NCBI GenBank assembly: GCA_963764715.1
Contig: CAVXTP010000010.1
Coordinates: 96,001-160,000 of the forward strand
Reading direction: 5' to 3'
Length of the DNA stretch: 64,000 nucleotides
Source: an uncultured Acidobacteriota bacterium
Lineage (GTDB): Bacteria > Acidobacteriota > Thermoanaerobaculia > UBA5066 > Gp7-AA6
How positions within the stretch are numbered: the stretch's first letter is position 1; each line of letters begins with the position of its first letter. Below the pieces are notes generated by a model that worked only from the letters and a program-made list of their open reading frames with translations, did no database searches and was not told where the DNA came from. Both the position numbers and the translations under genes were made by a program. Shown one piece after another: positions 20,299 to 32,083 of this stretch.

Positions 20299-22014
20299 TT
20301 ACTGACCGGCTCCCTTGATCACGCCCTCGGCCAGGATGATCTCGACCCGCCGGTTCTTCGCCCGTCCGTCGGGCGTCGCGTTGTCGGCGACCGGGATGCG
20401 TGCGGCGTAGCCCTCGGCGCTCATGCGCTTGGCGGAGACGCCCTGGGCCTGGAGGAACGCCATCACGGAGTTCGCGCGGTCGCGGGAGAGCGGAACGTTG
20501 ATCGCGTCCCCGCCGGTCGAGTCCGTGTGGCCCTCGATGCGCAGGTTGATGTTGGGGAAGAGGGACACGATGCCGGCGAGCTTGGCGAGCGCGACCTGCG
20601 CGTTCTGCTTGAGCGTCGCCTTGTTGGTGTCGAAGAGGATGTCCGGCAGGTTGACGACGACGCCCCGCGCGGACTGGCTGATCTGGGCGACCTCGGACAG
20701 GGCGCCGCTCAGGCGGCCTTCGAGGTCGTTGCGCTCGGCGCGCAGCCGCGCGTTCTCCGCCTCGGTCTGGCCGACCCGCGTCTCGAGCTGCTGCTTCTGG
20801 CTTTCGAGCGCCGCCGCGGCGGCGGACACCTCGGCCGTCGTCTTCTCGGCCTGGGCCTGCGCGGCGCTCGCCTGCGCGGCCAGCGTTTCGGCCTTCTGAC
20901 GGGCGGCGTCGGCGTCGCGGCGCGCGGCGTCGGCGGCCTCGGCCGAGAGGCCCGCGGAGGCGGCGCGCTCCTGCGCGGCCGCGGCCTCCTGCTGCGCGAC
21001 CTGGGCCTGCTGCTGGAGCAGCGTCATCTGCTGCTGCGCGGCGGCGGCCTGCTGCTGCGCCTGGGCCAGCTGCTGCTGGGCGGCGGCGGCCTGCTCCCGC
21101 GCGGCGACGGCCTGCTCGCGGGCGGCGAGGGTTTGCTGCTGGGCCTCGGCGGCCTGCTTCTGGGCCATGGTCCGCTGCTGCTCGAGCGACTGCAGCTCGG
21201 CGGCGCGCCGGGCGGCCTCGGCCGCGGCGGCCTCGTCGGCCATCTTCTGCTGCGTCGTGCGGATCGCGGCCGAGGACTGGGAGAGGCTGCGGCGCGAATA
21301 GTCGACGCCGAGCTTGTCCTTTCCGCCCTTGTACGAGTTGGTGGCCTGGGCGAGCGTGATCGAGGCGTCGCGCATGGCGTCGGGCGCGTACTTCTCGGCG
21401 CCCATCTGCTGGGCCTGCTGGTAGACGTTCTGGGCCTGGATCAGGTCCAGCGACTCGTTGCCGGAATAGACCATGCTGCCGATCGTGGGGTTGCCGAGCC
21501 GGGGCGCCGGCGCGAACGCCGACAGCGTCACCGGCGTGCTCCGGAGCTTCTTGGGGGGCGGGGCGACCGACGTGAACACGACGAGCTCGGACGGCCGGAG
21601 CACCAGCGGGTAGGCCTCGGCGGTGATCAGCAGGCCGAACTCCTTCTGGCCCGTGCGGTACTCGGCGTCGCCGCTCTGCTTCCGGACGATCAGCTCGCCG
21701 AGGCTCTCGGTGGCCCCGTCGCGCGCGACGGCCCACACCACGTAGGACGTCACGTCGCCCGAGAAGAGGAGCGCGGGGGGCAGCTTCTTGTACGAGATCT
21801 CGACGCGGGCCTGCCCGTTCTTGAACTGAACTTCGGCCTCGGCCTGCGCGGGAGCCACGCGGCTCGACGCGGCGAGGTCCAGGTCGACGCTCTTGCCCTC
21901 CGGGAACTGGACGGCCGCGAGGTTCACGTCGGCGGCCGCGAGCGGCGCCGCGAGGCACGCGAAACCGAGGGCGAGGATCGTCTCGAGGCGGGGCCCGAAG
22001 ACACGCTTGTTCAT
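20299..22014 (-). CDS. OmpA-family peptidoglycan-binding protein with long Ala/Gln coiled coil
   Basis: Signal peptide; C-terminal ILFDTNKATLK, IEGHTDSTG, LSRDRANSV, GRAKNRRVEI. Confidence 0.9.
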   Translation of the reverse strand: MNKRVFGPRLETILALGFACLAAPLAAADVNLAAVQFPEGKSVDLDLAASSRVAPAQAEAEVQFKNGQARVEISYKKLPPALLFSGDVTSYVVWAVARDGATESLGELIVRKQSGDAEYRTGQKEFGLLITAEAYPLVLRPSELVVFTSVAPPPKKLRSTPVTLSAFAPAPRLGNPTIGSMVYSGNESLDLIQAQNVYQQAQQMGAEKYAPDAMRDASITLAQATNSYKGGKDKLGVDYSRRSLSQSSAAIRTTQQKMADEAAAAEAARRAAELQSLEQQRTMAQKQAAEAQQQTLAAREQAVAAREQAAAAQQQLAQAQQQAAAAQQQMTLLQQQAQVAQQEAAAAQERAASAGLSAEAADAARRDADAARQKAETLAAQASAAQAQAEKTTAEVSAAAAALESQKQQLETRVGQTEAENARLRAERNDLEGRLSGALSEVAQISQSARGVVVNLPDILFDTNKATLKQNAQVALAKLAGIVSLFPNINLRIEGHTDSTGGDAINVPLSRDRANSVMAFLQAQGVSAKRMSAEGYAARIPVADNATPDGRAKNRRVEIILAEGVIKGAGQ

Positions 22015-22146
22015 CGCTACTCCTCAGGGGTGTCGGGACGCTGGCGGTTGCGCCGTCCGACGGGGGCGAGAATATACTCGCGCCCTCGTGTCCGCGTCAA
22101 CGAAGGCCTCGAGCCCGGCGCCCGCGGCGACCGGCCGCATCCCGCG

Positions 22147-23506
22147 ATGAGCGAAGCCCTCTTCTGGCACCGCCTCCAGTTCGCCTTCACGATCGTCTAT
22201 CACTACCTGTTCCCCGTCCTGACGATGGGCCTCGCCTTTCTCATCGTCGTGATGAAGGGCCTGGGCCTGCGCCGCGGGGGCGAGCGCTGGAACGACGCCG
22301 CGCGGTTCTGGATCCGGATCTTCGGAATCAATTTCGGCTTCGGGGTCGTCACCGGGATCCCGATGGAGTTCCAGTTCGGCACCAACTGGGCGAGGTTCTC
22401 GCGCTACGCCGGCAACGTCGTGGGCCACACGCTGGCGATGGAGGGGCTCTTCGCCTTCTTCCTCGAGTCGGCGTTTCTCTCGCTCCTCGTCTTCGGCGAG
22501 AAGCGGCTCTCGCGGCGGGGCCATTTCGCGGCGGCCGTGGCGCTCTTCGCCGGAAGCTGGCTCTCGGGGTACTTCATCACGGCGACCAACGCGTTCATGC
22601 AGCACCCGGCGGGCTTCCGCCTGGGGCCCGAGGGCACGCTGCAGCTCGCGAGCCTCCGCGAGTTCGTGCTGAGCCCCTGGGCGATCGCGCAGTACGCCCA
22701 CAACATGGTCGCGACGGTCGTGACGGCGTCCTTCGTCGTCGCGGCCCTCGGCGCGTTCTACCTCCTGCAGAGCCGGCACCGGGAGCCGGCGCGGCTCTTC
22801 CTCCGGCTCGGCGTGACGGCCGGGCTGGTCTCGAGCCTCCTCGTCGCCTATCCGACCGGAGACCGCCAGGCCAAGCTCGTGGCGCGCCACCAGCCCGTGG
22901 CGCTCGCCGCGATGGAGGGGCGCTTCGAGAGCGGGCCCCGGGCCGGCATCAACCTCATCGGCCAGCCCAACGTCGCCGAGAAGCGCCTGGACAACGCGGT
23001 CGAGGTGCCGGGGGTCCTCTCGGTCCTGGCGTTCGGGCACTTCGCCAGCGACGTGCGGGGGCTCGATTCCTTCCCCGAGCGGGACTGGCCCGACAACATC
23101 GCGCTGCTGTACTACGCGTTCCACGTGATGGCGGGGCTCGGCACGATCCTCGTGGCGATCATGCTCGCGGCCGCGGCGCTCGCCTGGACGGGACGCCTCG
23201 AGAGCAACCGCCCGATGCTCTGGATCGTGATGATGTCGTTTCCCTTCCCGTACATCGCCGTCATGGCCGGCTGGATGACGGCGGAGCTCGGGCGGCAGCC
23301 GTGGCTCGTCTACGGCCTGCTCCGGACGGCCGAGGGCTCGAGCCCGACCGTGCACTCGGGAACGGTCATCTTCACGCTCATCGGCTTCTGCGGCCTCTAC
23401 GCCGTGCTGTCCGTGCTGTTCCTGTTCCTCGTGGCGCGCGAGATCGCGCGCGGGCCCGCGCGCCGAGCCCGAGGCCGTGCGCGGGCCGGAGGCGCCGCAT
23501 GTTTGA
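22147..23506 (+). CDS. cydA: Cytochrome bd ubiquinol oxidase subunit I (3' end frameshifted, stop approximate)
   Basis: RLQFAFTIVYHYLFP, GVVTGIPMEFQFGTNW, LAMEGLFAFFLES, NAFMQHP, LAAMEG, ELGRQPW. Confidence 0.93.
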
Positions 23507-24551
23507 GATCTGGTACGCCATCACGGTCTTCATGCTCACGGCATACGTCGTGCTGGACGGGTACGACTTCGGCGCCGGGACGCTGCACCTCCTGGTCGCC
23601 CGGAACGACGCCGAGCGGCGGCAGGTCCTGGCGGCGATCGGTCCCTTCTGGGACGCCAACGAGGTCTGGCTGCTCGCCGCCGGCGGAGCGCTCTTCGTCG
23701 CCTTCCCGAGGGTCCTGTCGGCGGGGATCTCCGGCTTCTACTTCGCGATTTTCCTGGTGCTCTGGTGCCTGATCCTCCGCGGGATCGCGATCGAGCTGCG
23801 CAGCCACGTCTCCGACCGGCTCTGGCGCGGGACCTGGGACCTGTTCTTCTGCGTCGCGAGCGTGCTGCTCCCGGTCTTCTTCGGCGCGGCCCTCGGCAAC
23901 CTGCTGCGCGGGTTGCCGCTGACCGCCGACGGGTGGTTCGAGCTCGCCCTCTTCACGGACTTCACCGCGCGGGAGCCGGTCGGGATTCTCGACTGGTACA
24001 CGATCTCGACGGGGGTCTTCGCCCTCGCGGCGCTGGCCGCGCACGGCGCGGCCTTTCTGGCGTGGAAGGCCGACGGCGTGGTCGGGGACCGCAGCCGCCG
24101 CGCCGCGCGGGGCCTCACCGCGGTCGTCGCCGTGCTGTGGCCGCTCCTGACGCTCGCGACGGCCAGGGTCAACCCGGGCTTCCTCCCGGCCCTCCGGACG
24201 CGGCCGCTCGTCTGGGCGCTCGGGGCCGTCGGCCTCGCGGGCCTCGTGACGGTCTTCGCCGGCCTCGCCCGCGGGCGGGCCGCCCAGGCGTTCTTCGGCT
24301 CCTGCGCGTTCCTGGCGGGCCTGTCGACGGCCACGGCCGCCTGCGTGTTCCCGGTGATGCTCCGGGCGAGCGGGAGCGGCGAGCTCTCGGTGACGGCCTT
24401 CACCGCGGGAGGAGACCCGGCGGGCCTCCGGACCGCCCTCGGCTGGTTCGCCGTGGGCTTCCCGCTCGCCATCCTCTACTTCGTCCTCGTGTGGCGGCTC
24501 CACCGCGGTCGGGTGAGCGCCGTCGCCGAGGAGGAGGGCGGTCACCCCTGA
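23499..24551 (+). CDS. cydB: Cytochrome bd ubiquinol oxidase subunit II
   Basis: YVVLDGYDFGAG, IGPFWDANEVWLL, LILRGIAIELRS. Confidence 0.93.
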   Translation: MFEIWYAITVFMLTAYVVLDGYDFGAGTLHLLVARNDAERRQVLAAIGPFWDANEVWLLAAGGALFVAFPRVLSAGISGFYFAIFLVLWCLILRGIAIELRSHVSDRLWRGTWDLFFCVASVLLPVFFGAALGNLLRGLPLTADGWFELALFTDFTAREPVGILDWYTISTGVFALAALAAHGAAFLAWKADGVVGDRSRRAARGLTAVVAVLWPLLTLATARVNPGFLPALRTRPLVWALGAVGLAGLVTVFAGLARGRAAQAFFGSCAFLAGLSTATAACVFPVMLRASGSGELSVTAFTAGGDPAGLRTALGWFAVGFPLAILYFVLVWRLHRGRVSAVAEEEGGHP

Positions 24552-24652
24552 CGGCGTCGGGGCCGGCCCGCGCGGCCGCTTTCTTGCGCGCGCGGAAGCG
24601 CCGCTGCGGTCCTCCGGGCGCCCGCTGATCCCCTCAGCTAAGATCCCCGCCC

Positions 24653-26293
24653 ATGAGGGGAACCTCCGCCGCCTCCGGAGCCGCGCTGCGCGATGCCGTC
24701 CTCTCGCTGCTGCTCGCCCTCGCGGCGGCGCCGCTGACGGCGCAGCTCTCGCTGCCGACGGCCCCGCCGCCGCCGACGCCTCCGAACGGCGAGGAGACGG
24801 CCGCCGCCGATCCCTACGGCCGCGAGACGCCCCGCGGATGCCTCCTCGGCTTCCTTCGCGCGACCCAGCAGGGGAGCCTCCGCAACGCGGCGGCCTACCT
24901 GCAGATCCCGTCCTCCCTCCAGCCGCAGCGCGAAGCGATCGCCCACGAGCTCCAGATCGTCTTCGATCACCGGTTCGTGACGGTCAACTTCGAGGGCATC
25001 TCCCGCTCGCCGCAGGGCACGATGGAGGACGGCCTCGATCCCGACACCGAGCGGGTCGGCGAGATCCGGGGAGACTCGGGCCTCGTCGACGTTCTCGCCG
25101 TCCGCGTCCCGAGCCGGGACGTCGGCCACGTCTGGCTGATCTCCTGGGCGACGGTCAAGGAGTGCCGTCGGCTGTTCGAGGTGCTGGAGCTGCCCGACAT
25201 CGACCACCAGGTACCGTCCTTCTTCGCGCAGAAGCGGTTGGCGGGCCTCGCCCTCTGGCAGCTGATCACGGTCGTCGCCCTCCTGCCGGTCCTCTTCGCC
25301 TTCGCGTGGCTCGTCGTCGGGGCCGTCGGGCTCTTGATCCGGCTGCTGCGCCCCCGCCAGCCCGGCGCGCCGCTGGGGCAGTGGGTCGCCTCGGCCCGCA
25401 GCCCCACGACTTTTCTCCTGACGCTCCTCCTTCACCGCGTCGCCATGACGTGGCTCGGGATGCCCGCGCTGTACCGCCTGTACTACGACCGGGTGCTGCT
25501 CGTGCTGGCGCTCGTCGGCCTGATGTGGCTCCTGTCGCGCCTGATCGACAACCTCAACCGGCGCGTGCTGAGCCGGGTGGCCCCGGCCGGCGCCGCCGCC
25601 CACCACTCGACGCTGACGCTCACGCGGCGCGCGCTCAAGCTGACCGCCTTCGTGATCGTCCTGCTCGTGGGCCTCGCGAGCTTCGGCGTGAACCTCACGG
25701 CGACGCTCGCCGGCCTCGGCATCGGAGGCCTCGCGCTCGCCTTCGCCGCCCAGAAGACCCTCGGCAACCTCTTCGGCGGGGTCGCCGTCCTCGCCGAGAA
25801 CGCGCTCAAGGTCGGGGACACTTGCCGGATCGGGGGCCAGCTCGGCGAGGTCGAGGACGTGACCCTGTGGTCGACCCGGCTTCGGACGCAGGAGCGCACC
25901 CTCGTCAGCATTCCCAACGGGGTTGTCATGGAGTCGCAGATCGAGAACCTCTCGCGGCGCGACAAGTTCTGGTTCCATCCGGTCGTGGGACTCGTCTACG
26001 GGACGTCGGCCGACCAGATGCGGCGGGTGCTCGAGGGCGCCCGCGGGATGCTCGCCGCCGATCCGCGCGTCGAGAACGAGGGCGCGCGCGTCCGGTTCCT
26101 GCGCCTCGCGGAGTCGTCGCTCGACGTCGAGATCTTCGCCTACGTCCACGCGGCGACGATGCCGGAGTTCCTCGCCGTGCAGGAGGAGCTGCTTCTCGGG
26201 ATCCTGTCGATCGTGGAGGAGGCCGGAACGTCCGTGGCCTTCCCGTCGCGGACGATCTACGTCGCCGGCGGGGGAGCGGCGCCGCTCGCATGA
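24653..26293 (+). CDS. MscS family mechanosensitive channel with periplasmic N-domain
   Basis: GRETPRG; LAGLGIGGLALAFAAQKTLGNLFGG, GEVEDVTLWSTRLRT, SIPNG, AFPSRT. Confidence 0.9.
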   Translation: MRGTSAASGAALRDAVLSLLLALAAAPLTAQLSLPTAPPPPTPPNGEETAAADPYGRETPRGCLLGFLRATQQGSLRNAAAYLQIPSSLQPQREAIAHELQIVFDHRFVTVNFEGISRSPQGTMEDGLDPDTERVGEIRGDSGLVDVLAVRVPSRDVGHVWLISWATVKECRRLFEVLELPDIDHQVPSFFAQKRLAGLALWQLITVVALLPVLFAFAWLVVGAVGLLIRLLRPRQPGAPLGQWVASARSPTTFLLTLLLHRVAMTWLGMPALYRLYYDRVLLVLALVGLMWLLSRLIDNLNRRVLSRVAPAGAAAHHSTLTLTRRALKLTAFVIVLLVGLASFGVNLTATLAGLGIGGLALAFAAQKTLGNLFGGVAVLAENALKVGDTCRIGGQLGEVEDVTLWSTRLRTQERTLVSIPNGVVMESQIENLSRRDKFWFHPVVGLVYGTSADQMRRVLEGARGMLAADPRVENEGARVRFLRLAESSLDVEIFAYVHAATMPEFLAVQEELLLGILSIVEEAGTSVAFPSRTIYVAGGGAAPLA

Positions 26294-27288
26294 GGTCGGC
26301 GGCCCGGGTCCTCCTCGCCGCGCTTCTCGCCGGCGCGCCCGCGATGCGCGCGCTCGGCGAAGGCGCCCGTTCCGAGCTCGCGGCCGGGTCCGGGTTCGAA
26401 GAATCGTTCCGCGCCGTCGTCGCGTCGCGGCCGCTCGTGCTCGACGAGCCCGCGGTCGAGGTCGCTCCGCCGCCGAAGCCGCCGCAGTGGGTCTGGATCG
26501 GCGCGGGCGCCGCCCTCGCGATCGGCGGGTCGGCCGCCAACGCGCTGCAGGAAACGCCCCACTTTCCGTTTCACGTCACGCACGAGGGCTGGTTCGGCGA
26601 GAACACCTACGCCGGCGGCGCGGACAAGGCGTCGCACTTCGTCTCGTTCTACGGCGTGACGCGGGTCATGAACGAGTACAACAAGGCCTTCCGCGCCGGA
26701 AAGGAACAGGCCGCGCTGCTCGCCGCGGGGACCTCGTTTCTCGCGGGCCTCGCGACCGAGCTCGGCGACGGGACCAACAAGTACGGATTCTCCTGGGAGG
26801 ACCTCGGCGCCGACACCCTCGGGGCGGCGACGGGGCTGCTCCTCGTGCACTACAACCTGACCGACCTCGTCGGGTTTCGCTTCGGCATCGTGCCGGCGCC
26901 CGAGGCGAAGGTCGGCGGCCTCGGCAAGGACTATTCGGCCGAGATCTATACGGGGGACCTGAAGATCGCGGGACTGGGCCAGCGCGCGAAGTTCAACCCG
27001 GGCCCGGCCCGGTTTCTGCTGCTGTCGTTCACGTACGGGACGAAGGGATACCCGTACGGGGATCCGGTGGTGCGCCAGCGGCAGGTCGGCATCGAGATCG
27101 GGATCAACTTCGGCGAGGTGCTGCAGGCGCTCCACGTGCCGAAGGACAAGTGGTACGGCGTCCTGCTCTACACCTTCTTCGACATCGTCCGGATCCCGTA
27201 CACGGCCGTCGGCTACCGCTACGACGTCAACAACAAGAAGTGGTACGGGCCGGACACCGGGAACAGTTTCCCGAACCCGGGGTACTAG
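26290..27288 (+). CDS. DUF2279/YfiM-like membrane protein
   Basis: GGADKASHF, ELGDG, GFSWEDL, DYSAEIY motifs typical of the family. Confidence 0.6.
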   Translation: MRSAARVLLAALLAGAPAMRALGEGARSELAAGSGFEESFRAVVASRPLVLDEPAVEVAPPPKPPQWVWIGAGAALAIGGSAANALQETPHFPFHVTHEGWFGENTYAGGADKASHFVSFYGVTRVMNEYNKAFRAGKEQAALLAAGTSFLAGLATELGDGTNKYGFSWEDLGADTLGAATGLLLVHYNLTDLVGFRFGIVPAPEAKVGGLGKDYSAEIYTGDLKIAGLGQRAKFNPGPARFLLLSFTYGTKGYPYGDPVVRQRQVGIEIGINFGEVLQALHVPKDKWYGVLLYTFFDIVRIPYTAVGYRYDVNNKKWYGPDTGNSFPNPGY

Positions 27289-27312
27289 CTCGGCGCCAGC
27301 CGGGAGGCGCCC

Positions 27313-29985
27313 CTACGGCTCGCTGACGCTGAAGTGGAAGGTCTCGCCGGCGAGCTCGTCGAGGAGCTTGGCGACGAGGCCCGTCCAGCCGGTCTGGTGC
27401 GAGGCGCCGAGGCCCTTGCCGGTGTCGCCGTGGAAGTACTCGTGGAAGAGGACGAGGTCCCTCCAGTGCGGATCGTCCCGGTAGATCTCGATCCCGTCGA
27501 AGACGGGGCGGCCCCCGCCCTTCCCGGGCAGGAAGATCGTGGCCAGCCGCCGGGAGAGCTCCTCGAACACCTGCAGCAGCGTCATCATCCGGCCCGAGCC
27601 GGTCGGGCATTCGACCTGAAATTCGTCTCCGAGATACTGGTGGTACCGGCGCAGCGACTCGAGGACGAGGTAGTTGATCGGGAACCAGATCGGGCCGCGC
27701 CAGTTCGAGTTGCCGCCGAAGACCCCCGTCGTCGACTCGCCGGGCTCGTAGGTCATGCGGTGCTCGACGCCCCCCGTGTTGGCCGCGTAGGGGTGGTCGC
27801 GGTGGTAGAGGGAAACGGACCGGATTCCGTGGGGCGACAGGAACTCGCTCTCGTCGAGCATGAACCGGAGCACGCGGCGCAGCTGGTCCGGCGTGACGAG
27901 CGAGAAGAGGACCCGCGCGCTTCCGCCGCGCCGGGTCATCGAAGCGCAGGAGCCGATGAGGTCCGGCCGGTTCGTCGCGAACCACTTCATGCGCCGCAGG
28001 AACCCGGGGAACCGCTCCATCAGCCTCGTGTCGCCCGTGACGACCGCGGAGAGGGGGATGAGCCCGACGGCCGAGCGGATTCGGATGGGTTCGTGCGACC
28101 CGTCGGGGCGGCGGATGGCGTCGTAGAAGAAGCCGTCCTGCTCGTCCCAGAGGTTGAAGCCGTCCTCGCCCATGTGGTGCATCGCGTGCGCGATGTAGAC
28201 GAAGTGTTCCCAGAACTTGCTCGCCACGTCCTCGTAGGCCGGATCGTCCACGGCGAGCTCGAGGGCCATGCCGAGCATGTTCAGGCAGTACATCGCCATC
28301 CAGCTCGTGCCGTCCGCCTGGCCGAGGACCCAGCCCGGCGGAAGTTGCGTGTTGCGGTCGAAGAGGCCGATGTTGTCCAGGCCGAGGAACCCGCCCTGGA
28401 AGATGTTGTTTCCGAGCTCGTCCTTGCGGTTGACCCACCAGTCGAAGTTCAGGAGCAGCTTGTGGAAGACGCGCTCGAGGAAGACGCGGTCCTTCCTTCC
28501 GGTCTTCTGCATTTCGACCTGGTACACGCGCAGGGCCGCCCAGGCGTGCACCGGGGGATTCACGTCGCCGAAGGCCCACTCGTAGGCGGGGATCTGGCCG
28601 TTCGGGTGCATGTACCACTCGCGGAGCATGAGGATGAGCTGGTCCTTGGCGAACTGCGGGTCGACGATGGCGAGCACGACGCAGTGGAAGGCGAGGTCCC
28701 AGGCCGCGAACCACGGGAACTCCCAGGTGTCCGGCATCGAGAGGATGTCGGCGGCATACACGTGCTTCCAGTCCCGGTTGCGGCCCTTCCGGCGTTCGGG
28801 CGGAGGCGGCGGCTCCGCCGGATCCCCGAGGAGCCATCGGCGCACGTCGTAGGCGTAGTACTGCTTGGACCAGATCATCCCGGCCAGGCCCTGCCGCACG
28901 ACCAGGCGCTCGTCGGCGGAGAGCTTTCCGGGGATCGTGGCGGCGTAGAACTCGTCGGCGTCGGCCCGGGCGCGGGCGAGCGCCCGGTCGAAATCGGCGC
29001 CGAGAGCGTCCGGCGCGACGGCGTCCGGCGTCAGGCGCAGCCGGATACGCGTCGATCCGCCCGCCGGGATCTCCGCGCGGGTCCACGCCGCCGCCTTCGT
29101 CCCGCGGCGCGCGGGGTTGACGGCCTCGCGGCGGCCTCCGATGAGGAGGGCGTGGAAGGCGTCCTTCACGAAGGGGGTCGCGTTGGGCGCGCCGAACAGC
29201 CTCTCGGCGTTCGTGTCGTTCTCGGTGAAGAGGAGTTCCGCGTCCGGGGAGCACTGGAGGTATCGCCGCCCGTACTCCAGCTCATCGAGCACGATCCTCC
29301 CCGGGCTCCCGTCGGCGGCGAGGCTCGGCCGCGCCGAGCCGTCCCACGACCACGTGTTGCGGAACCACACGGTGGGCAGCAGGTCGAGTGTGGCGGCCTC
29401 GGGCCCCCGGTTGTGGGCCGTGATCTCGACGAGGACGTCTTCCGGCGACGCCTTCCCGTACTCCACGAAGACGTCGAAGTAGCGGCCCCCGGCGAAGATC
29501 CCCGTGTCGATGAGCTCGTACTCGGGCTCGGCCTGGCCGCGCCGGCGGTTTTCCTCGAGGAGGTGGGCGTACGGGAACTCGGCCTGCGGGTACTTGTAGA
29601 GTCCCTTCAGGTACGAATGCGTGGGCGTCGCGTCGAGGTAGAACCAGCACTCCTTGACGTCCTCGCCGTGGTTCCCTTCGGAGTTCGTGAGGCCGAAGAG
29701 CCGCTCTTTGAGGATCGGGTCCTTCCCGTTCCAGAGCGCGAGCGCGAAGCAGATCTTCTGGTGGCGGTCGGAGATTCCCAGGATGCCGTCTTCGTTCCAG
29801 CGGTAGGCGCGGGACCGGGCGTGATCGTGGGGAAAATAGTCCCACGCCGTCCCGTTCGCGCTGTAGTCCTCCCGGACGGTGCCCCAGGCCCTCTCCGAGA
29901 GGTACGGTCCCCAGCGGTTCCAGTGGGCCGCCCGCCGGTCGTTCTCGGCGATCCGGCGGCCCTCGGCCGTGTCGGCGGGCTTCAA
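27313..29985 (-). CDS. GH63 / MGH1-like glucosidase
   Basis: [74 protein letters not shown]; TTG start overlapping the zwf stop. Confidence 0.9.
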   Translation of the reverse strand: MKPADTAEGRRIAENDRRAAHWNRWGPYLSERAWGTVREDYSANGTAWDYFPHDHARSRAYRWNEDGILGISDRHQKICFALALWNGKDPILKERLFGLTNSEGNHGEDVKECWFYLDATPTHSYLKGLYKYPQAEFPYAHLLEENRRRGQAEPEYELIDTGIFAGGRYFDVFVEYGKASPEDVLVEITAHNRGPEAATLDLLPTVWFRNTWSWDGSARPSLAADGSPGRIVLDELEYGRRYLQCSPDAELLFTENDTNAERLFGAPNATPFVKDAFHALLIGGRREAVNPARRGTKAAAWTRAEIPAGGSTRIRLRLTPDAVAPDALGADFDRALARARADADEFYAATIPGKLSADERLVVRQGLAGMIWSKQYYAYDVRRWLLGDPAEPPPPPERRKGRNRDWKHVYAADILSMPDTWEFPWFAAWDLAFHCVVLAIVDPQFAKDQLILMLREWYMHPNGQIPAYEWAFGDVNPPVHAWAALRVYQVEMQKTGRKDRVFLERVFHKLLLNFDWWVNRKDELGNNIFQGGFLGLDNIGLFDRNTQLPPGWVLGQADGTSWMAMYCLNMLGMALELAVDDPAYEDVASKFWEHFVYIAHAMHHMGEDGFNLWDEQDGFFYDAIRRPDGSHEPIRIRSAVGLIPLSAVVTGDTRLMERFPGFLRRMKWFATNRPDLIGSCASMTRRGGSARVLFSLVTPDQLRRVLRFMLDESEFLSPHGIRSVSLYHRDHPYAANTGGVEHRMTYEPGESTTGVFGGNSNWRGPIWFPINYLVLESLRRYHQYLGDEFQVECPTGSGRMMTLLQVFEELSRRLATIFLPGKGGGRPVFDGIEIYRDDPHWRDLVLFHEYFHGDTGKGLGASHQTGWTGLVAKLLDELAGETFHFSVSEP

Positions 29986-31370
29986 GCGTTCGGGCCCGGG
30001 TCGTGCCACCCCTCGTAGCCCGCCGTGAGGCGTTCGGCTTCCTTCGGGCCCCAGGAGCCCGGGGCGTAGGGATGGACGGGCGTGGCGTCGTCGAGGATGC
30101 CCTCGACGACCCTCCAGGCGGCCTCGACGGCGTCCTCGCGCACGAAGAGCGTCTGGTCGCCCTTCATCGCGTCGGTCAGCAGGCGCTCGTACGCCTCGAC
30201 CTCCTCGTGCCCCGCGTCCTTGACCGCGGCGAGCTCGGTCGGCATCGAGACCATCTCGGGCCCGGGCTTCTTGATCCGGGCGCCGATCGAGATCGAGAGC
30301 TCGGGCCCCAGGCGCAGGCGCACGTAGTTGCTTTCCTCGGGGGAGAGGCGCGAGAGGGGCGGCTGCTTGAGGTCGACCATCACCTCCGTCGCGGTCAGGG
30401 GGAGGCTTTTGCCGGCGCGGATGAAAAACGGAACGCCGGCCCAGCGCCAGGAGTCCACCTCGAGCCGGACCGCGGCGAACGTTTCGACGTTCGAGGCGGG
30501 CTTCACGCCCGGCTCCTTCGTGTAGCCGGTGAACTGGCCGCGGACGACGTCCTCGGGCTTGAGCGGTTTGATCGCGCGGAAGACCTTGACCTGCTCGTCC
30601 CGGATGCGGTCGGCGTCGACGGAGATCGGCGGCTCCATCGCCAGGTAGCCGACGACCTGAAGGAGGTGGTTCTCGATCACGTCGCGGATCGCACCCGTCT
30701 CGTCGTAGAACTTGCCCCGCCCCTGGATGCCGAACTTCTCGGCCATCGTAATCTGGACGCAGTCGACGTAGTTGCGGTTCCAGATCGGCTCGAGGAACGT
30801 GTTCGCGAAGCGGAAGAAGAGGAGGTTCTCGACCGCTTCTTTGCCGAGGTAGTGGTCGATGCGGAAGACCGAGTCCTCGGGGAACGCCGAGTGGAGCGTG
30901 GCGTTCAACGCGTGCGCGGTCGCGAGGTTGTGGCCGAAGGGCTTTTCGATGACGACGCGGGCGCCGTCGGCGCAGCCGGACTTCGCGAGCGCCTCGATGA
31001 CGCTTCCGAAGAGGCTGGGAGGGATCGCGAGATAGTGGGTCGGGTGCCTGGCCGCGCCGAGGGCCGCCCGGAGCTTCGTGAACGTGGCCGGGTCGGCGTA
31101 GTCGCCGTCGATGTACTGGAGCCGCGAGGCGAGCTCCTGCCAGGCGGCCGGGTCGACGCCCCCGCCGTACTCCTTGAGGCTCGCCTGCGCGCGCTCGCGT
31201 AGCTGCTCGACGCTCCACCCGGACTTGGCGACTCCGATGACGGGCACCGAGAGGTGGCCGTGCCGGACCATGCTCTGGAGCGCCGGGAAGATCTTCTTGT
31301 AGGCGAGGTCCCCGGTCGCGCCGAAGAAGACCAGGGCGTCCGAGGCGATGGCCGCGTCAGCGGACGCCAT
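29982..31370 (-). CDS. zwf: Glucose-6-phosphate 1-dehydrogenase
   Basis: [37 protein letters not shown]. Confidence 0.96.
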   Translation of the reverse strand: MASADAAIASDALVFFGATGDLAYKKIFPALQSMVRHGHLSVPVIGVAKSGWSVEQLRERAQASLKEYGGGVDPAAWQELASRLQYIDGDYADPATFTKLRAALGAARHPTHYLAIPPSLFGSVIEALAKSGCADGARVVIEKPFGHNLATAHALNATLHSAFPEDSVFRIDHYLGKEAVENLLFFRFANTFLEPIWNRNYVDCVQITMAEKFGIQGRGKFYDETGAIRDVIENHLLQVVGYLAMEPPISVDADRIRDEQVKVFRAIKPLKPEDVVRGQFTGYTKEPGVKPASNVETFAAVRLEVDSWRWAGVPFFIRAGKSLPLTATEVMVDLKQPPLSRLSPEESNYVRLRLGPELSISIGARIKKPGPEMVSMPTELAAVKDAGHEEVEAYERLLTDAMKGDQTLFVREDAVEAAWRVVEGILDDATPVHPYAPGSWGPKEAERLTAGYEGWHDPGPNA

Positions 31371-32079
31371 AGTCGTGCTCCTTCCCGTGCCACAGGGCGA
31401 CCCCCCCGAGGAGCCCCTCCACGTTGCGGATGGTCTTGACCCCGGGGGGCAGCTCGATGCGGATCTTCTCGGCGTTGCCGCCGCCGATGTACAGCCGGTC
31501 GTAGTTGAAGAGCTCCCGGAGCGACGCGATGGCCTTGCCGACACGGCGGTTCCATTTTTTCTTGCCGGCCTTGCGAAGGGCCGCGTTGCCGAGCTCGTCC
31601 TCGTACGTCTTCCGGCTCCAGGCGGCATGGTGGCCGAGCTGGACGTTGGGCACGAGCCGGCCGTTGACGAAGAGCGACGAGCCGAATCCGGTCCCGAGCG
31701 TGATGACGAGCTCGACCCCGTGGCCGCGGACCGCGCCGAGCCCCTGCACGTCGGCGTCGTTGGCCGCGCGGACCGGCCGCCGGAGCGCCTTCGTGAGGGC
31801 GCGGTCGAGATCGACGCCGACCCAGGACGGATGGAGGTTGAACGCAGTCTCGGTGACGCCGTCGCGGACGACGCCCGGGAATCCGACGGAGACCCGGTCG
31901 AAGACGCCCTGGCGGGCGGCGAGGGCGCGAATCGCGGCGATCACCGCGCGCGGCGTCGCGGGCCGCGGCGTGTCGACGCGGAGGCGCTCGGTCAGCGGCT
32001 TGCCGGCCGCGTCGACGACGAGCGTCTTGATGCCGCTCCCGCCGATGTCGACGCAGAGCGTCCGGCGTCCTCGAGCCAC
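31357..32079 (-). CDS. ROK family kinase (polyphosphate glucokinase-like)
   Basis: [38 protein letters not shown]. Confidence 0.85.
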   Translation of the reverse strand: MARGRRTLCVDIGGSGIKTLVVDAAGKPLTERLRVDTPRPATPRAVIAAIRALAARQGVFDRVSVGFPGVVRDGVTETAFNLHPSWVGVDLDRALTKALRRPVRAANDADVQGLGAVRGHGVELVITLGTGFGSSLFVNGRLVPNVQLGHHAAWSRKTYEDELGNAALRKAGKKKWNRRVGKAIASLRELFNYDRLYIGGGNAEKIRIELPPGVKTIRNVEGLLGGVALWHGKEHDYGVR

Positions 32080-32083
32080 GGGG

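Noticed and set aside
20236-23772. 1178-aa ORF suggesting a giant CydA fusion
   Set aside because: The first part is antisense to the OmpA gene; CydA starts at ATG 22147 and the 3' run-on reflects a frameshift.
27313-31218. 1301-aa ORF suggesting a Zwf-glucosidase fusion
   Set aside because: The upstream portion is an off-frame reading of zwf; the glucosidase begins at about 29985.
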